NCBI GenBank assembly: GCA_038042445.1
Contig: JBBTED010000116.1
Span: 1 to 18,146 of the forward strand
Length of the DNA stretch: 18,146 bases
Direction of reading: 5' to 3'
Origin: Candidatus Firestoneibacteriota bacterium
Lineage (GTDB): Bacteria; Oederibacteriota; D2-FULL-39-29; JBBTED01
Made by a program: the position numbers and the translations under genes. The notes under the pieces are model-generated. The model saw only the letters and a list, made by a program, of their open reading frames with translations. It was not told the DNA's origin and searched no databases. Below are positions 17,737-18,146 of this stretch, in pieces. Position 1 is the stretch's first letter; each line of letters opens with the position of its first letter.

Positions 17737-18044
17737 TGGGTACATTATATCATTATTTAGCATTGTCATCTTTGGTTTTTGTAATAGGGATATATGGTGT
17801 CCTAACCAGAAGAAATGCTATTAGTCTTTTGATGTCCATAGAACTTATGCTTAATGCTGCAAATATAAATTTAGTAGCATTTAACCATTTTCTTGGCGAT
17901 TCTTTATTTCAAGGACAGATATTTGTGCTTTTTGTAATAACTTTAGCAGCTTGCGAAGCTGCAGTAGGATTAGTTTTAATACTTTCTATATACAGGCATA
18001 TCAAAACAATAGATGTGCAAAAAATGAATTTATTGAAATGGTGA
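17736..18044 (+). CDS. nuoK: NADH-quinone oxidoreductase subunit K
   Basis: GIYGVLTRRNAI..LMSIELMLNAANINLVAF, LAACEAAVGL, LLKW; TAATG overlap with nuoJ. Confidence 0.96.
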   Translation: MGTLYHYLALSSLVFVIGIYGVLTRRNAISLLMSIELMLNAANINLVAFNHFLGDSLFQGQIFVLFVITLAACEAAVGLVLILSIYRHIKTIDVQKMNLLKW

Positions 18045-18086
18045 TATTATTCATTGCCGAGTAGCCGGCATAAATGAGAATAAAAA

Positions 18087-18144
18087 TGTCACCCTGAACT
18101 TGTTTCAGGGTCTAATGAGATGCCGAAACAAGTTCGGCATGACA
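18087..18144. repeat. GTCA-foot inverted doublet at the window end
   Basis: TGTCACCCTGAACTTGTTTCAGGGTCT - AATG - AGATGCCGAAACAAGTTCGGCATGACA. Confidence 0.9.
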
Positions 18145-18146
18145 GT

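Noticed and set aside
18055..18070. TGCCG-AGTAGC-CGGCA hairpin after nuoK
   Set aside because: 5-bp stem, no foot and no U-tract; cannot assign it to a family or call it a terminator.

Overview
AT-rich bacterial chromosomal window using the standard code (TGA is a stop). The genes are mostly housekeeping, envelope and energy functions. In order: a 5'-truncated PorV/PorP-like beta-barrel gene; a B12-binding radical SAM - amidase - pgeF operon; a convergent DUF3108 lipoprotein plus GSU2086/DHS-like pair; a type IV pilin; a GAF-HD-GYP phosphodiesterase, K+-independent membrane pyrophosphatase and PilZ-TM-GAF-GGDEF cyclase cluster; and nuoABCDHIJK (no nuoEFG). The striking feature is a dense, multi-family set of short REP/REPIN/RPE-like palindromic elements with GTAG or GTCA feet. 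They occupy most spacers, show compensatory base-pair changes inside each hairpin, form heterodimeric inverted doublets, overlap a stop codon and a Shine-Dalgarno, and sit in-frame inside three protein genes (four sites, one family read in three different frames). The pilin also carries a 30-nt insertion that duplicates its prepilin-peptidase GFT site. No transposase, tRNA, rRNA or CRISPR array is visible. The pilin style suggests an Elusimicrobiota-like or related candidate-phylum diderm (inference only).
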